Shown: in pieces, positions 62,753 to 64,000 of the stretch
Numbering within the stretch: the first letter of the stretch is position 1
Layout: each line of letters opens with the position of its first letter
Assembly (NCBI GenBank): GCA_016748015.1
Contig: JAAOMT010000776.1
Coordinates: 617,496-681,495, forward strand
Length of the DNA: 64,000 nucleotides
Direction: 5' to 3'
Origin: Geosiphon pyriformis uo1
Taxonomy: Eukaryota; Fungi; Glomeromycota
Notes under the pieces: generated by a model
What the model saw: only the letters and a program-made list of their open reading frames with translations
Told to the model about the DNA's origin: nothing
Databases searched by the model: none
Program-made: the position numbers and the translations under genes

Positions 62753-63759
62753 CATCCCCAACCGCTTTTGGCCTTATATTTATTACCACTGCCATTGGAA
62801 TTACCATTTCCGGATCCAATGTTTCCATTACCATTACCATTACCATTACCATTATCACCAATAGCGGTTTCGCCGCCTACACCAGAGCCGGAACTAATTG
62901 CAGTTACAACTTGATCAGGAGATTTATTGGTGACAACAACGGTTTTAGTTTGTCCTGGAACATATGAAGTAATAGTGGTTGTGCTTCCTGCGCCAACGGC
63001 AGTTACAACGGCAGTCCTCGTTGGTCCTGGGACAAATGAAGTAATAGTGGTCGTGCTTCCTGCACCAACGGCAGTTACAACAGCGGTCCTCGTTGGTCCT
63101 GGGACAAATGAAGTAACAGTGGTCACGCTTCCTGCACCAACGGCAGTTACAACAGCGGTCCTCGTTGGTCCTGCGACAAATGAAGTAACAGTGGTCACGC
63201 TTCCTGCACCAACGGCAGTTACAACAGCGGTCCTCGTTGGTCCTGGGGCAAATGAAGTAACAGTGGTCACGCTTCCTGCACCAACGGCAGTTACAACAGC
63301 GGTCCTCGTTGGTCCTGCGACAAATGAAGTAATAGTGGTCACGCTTCCTGCACCAACGGCAGTTACAACAGCGGTCCTCGTTGGTCCTTGGACAAATGAA
63401 GTAATAGTGGTCGTGCTTCCTTCGCCAACGGCAGTTACAACGACGGTTTTAGTGCCTTGAGCCAGAGTTACAGTAGTAGTGATAGTCTTTGGTTGTGGCG
63501 CGAAAGTCTCGGTTACATATACAACTCCTTTATTGCCATTTCCATTGCCATTACCATTTCCATTACCAATGTTCCCGTTACCGTTACCGTTACCGTTTCC
63601 ATTGCTACCAAATTGGTAATTCAGGGCTTCACTCAAACCATCCACACCTGAACCGTACGAATCGTAGCTACTACCCGATTTCGATCCTGTTCCAACCGGA
63701 TTGGCGGCGACAAGTAGTGCGTTCAAGAGAAAACCTACGAAAACTGAAGCAGTCTTCAT
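62753..63759 (-). CDS. Secreted Thr/Val-rich tandem-repeat protein (7 x 24 aa) flanked by Gly-Asn repeats; 3' end runs into a 48-N gap (62705-62752)
   Basis: The signal peptide is MKTASVFVGFLLNALLVAA. The 72-bp repeats at 63453-62950 encode TRTAVVTAVGAGSVTTVTSFVPGP, and there are two GNGNGNGNGNIGxGNG blocks. Confidence 0.88.
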
Positions 63760-64000
63760 TTTCTGTCGTGAGATTGAGAATTAAAGCCCGTAAGGTTTCT
63801 CAAAAAGATCAGTTTTGAAGTCCTCTTTGTGAATGATGGAAAGAGTTTTCTTCGAAAGCTTGCTTTTTTATATCAAATTTGTGTTTTTCACCCAGAGGAT
63901 TTTTAAGATTTCAAATGCAATTGTAGTTTCCGTGTTCATCTTTGTCTAAACATTTCTGCAAGCGAGATTCCAATATTGGATTGTTTACTTTTTTAATTCA

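Noticed and set aside
62927-63460. 177-aa antisense ORF over the repeat protein, and CRISPR-like periodicity
   Set aside because: The ORF is a shadow of the repetitive sense ORF. The 72-bp units are contiguous coding repeats with no unique spacers.

Overview
This is eukaryotic, intron-containing, AT-rich fungal DNA. The gene families present (MATA-type HMG-box paralogues with a PFPP motif, intronless F-box, many class-3 lipase-like genes, RNase H-bearing LINEs) point to Glomeromycotina. Geosiphon pyriformis is my best guess, but that is inference. The window has three zones. (1) 1-511: the 5' end of a PP2C phosphatase gene. (2) ~0.7-25.9 kb: a nested transposon graveyard of LINEs interrupted by a TIR DNA transposon, a Tc1/mariner, Gypsy elements and solo LTRs. 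It is almost free of CpG and saturated with G:C->A:T transitions. Comparing paired TIR, TSD and LTR ends shows these transitions fall at non-CpG sites, a RIP-like signature. (3) 26-64 kb: a compact housekeeping cluster (SHOCT/PPxY protein, conserved hypothetical, sterol-ester lipase, UAF30-like, Rpp20/POP7, SART1/Snu66 apparently lacking HIND), then an accessory region. That region holds an XIP-type aquaporin with non-canonical NSL/NPVKC motifs, an O-fucosyltransferase-family gene, two HMG-box genes, an F-box gene, two intact class-3 lipase-fold genes lacking the catalytic Ser plus lipase relics, a young CpG-rich Tc1 derivative with clustered cell-cycle-box-like motifs, and a secreted Thr/Val-rich 24-aa-repeat protein flanked by GN repeats. 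No rRNA, tRNA or CRISPR was seen. Exon boundaries were read by eye, and TE boundaries without termini are approximate.
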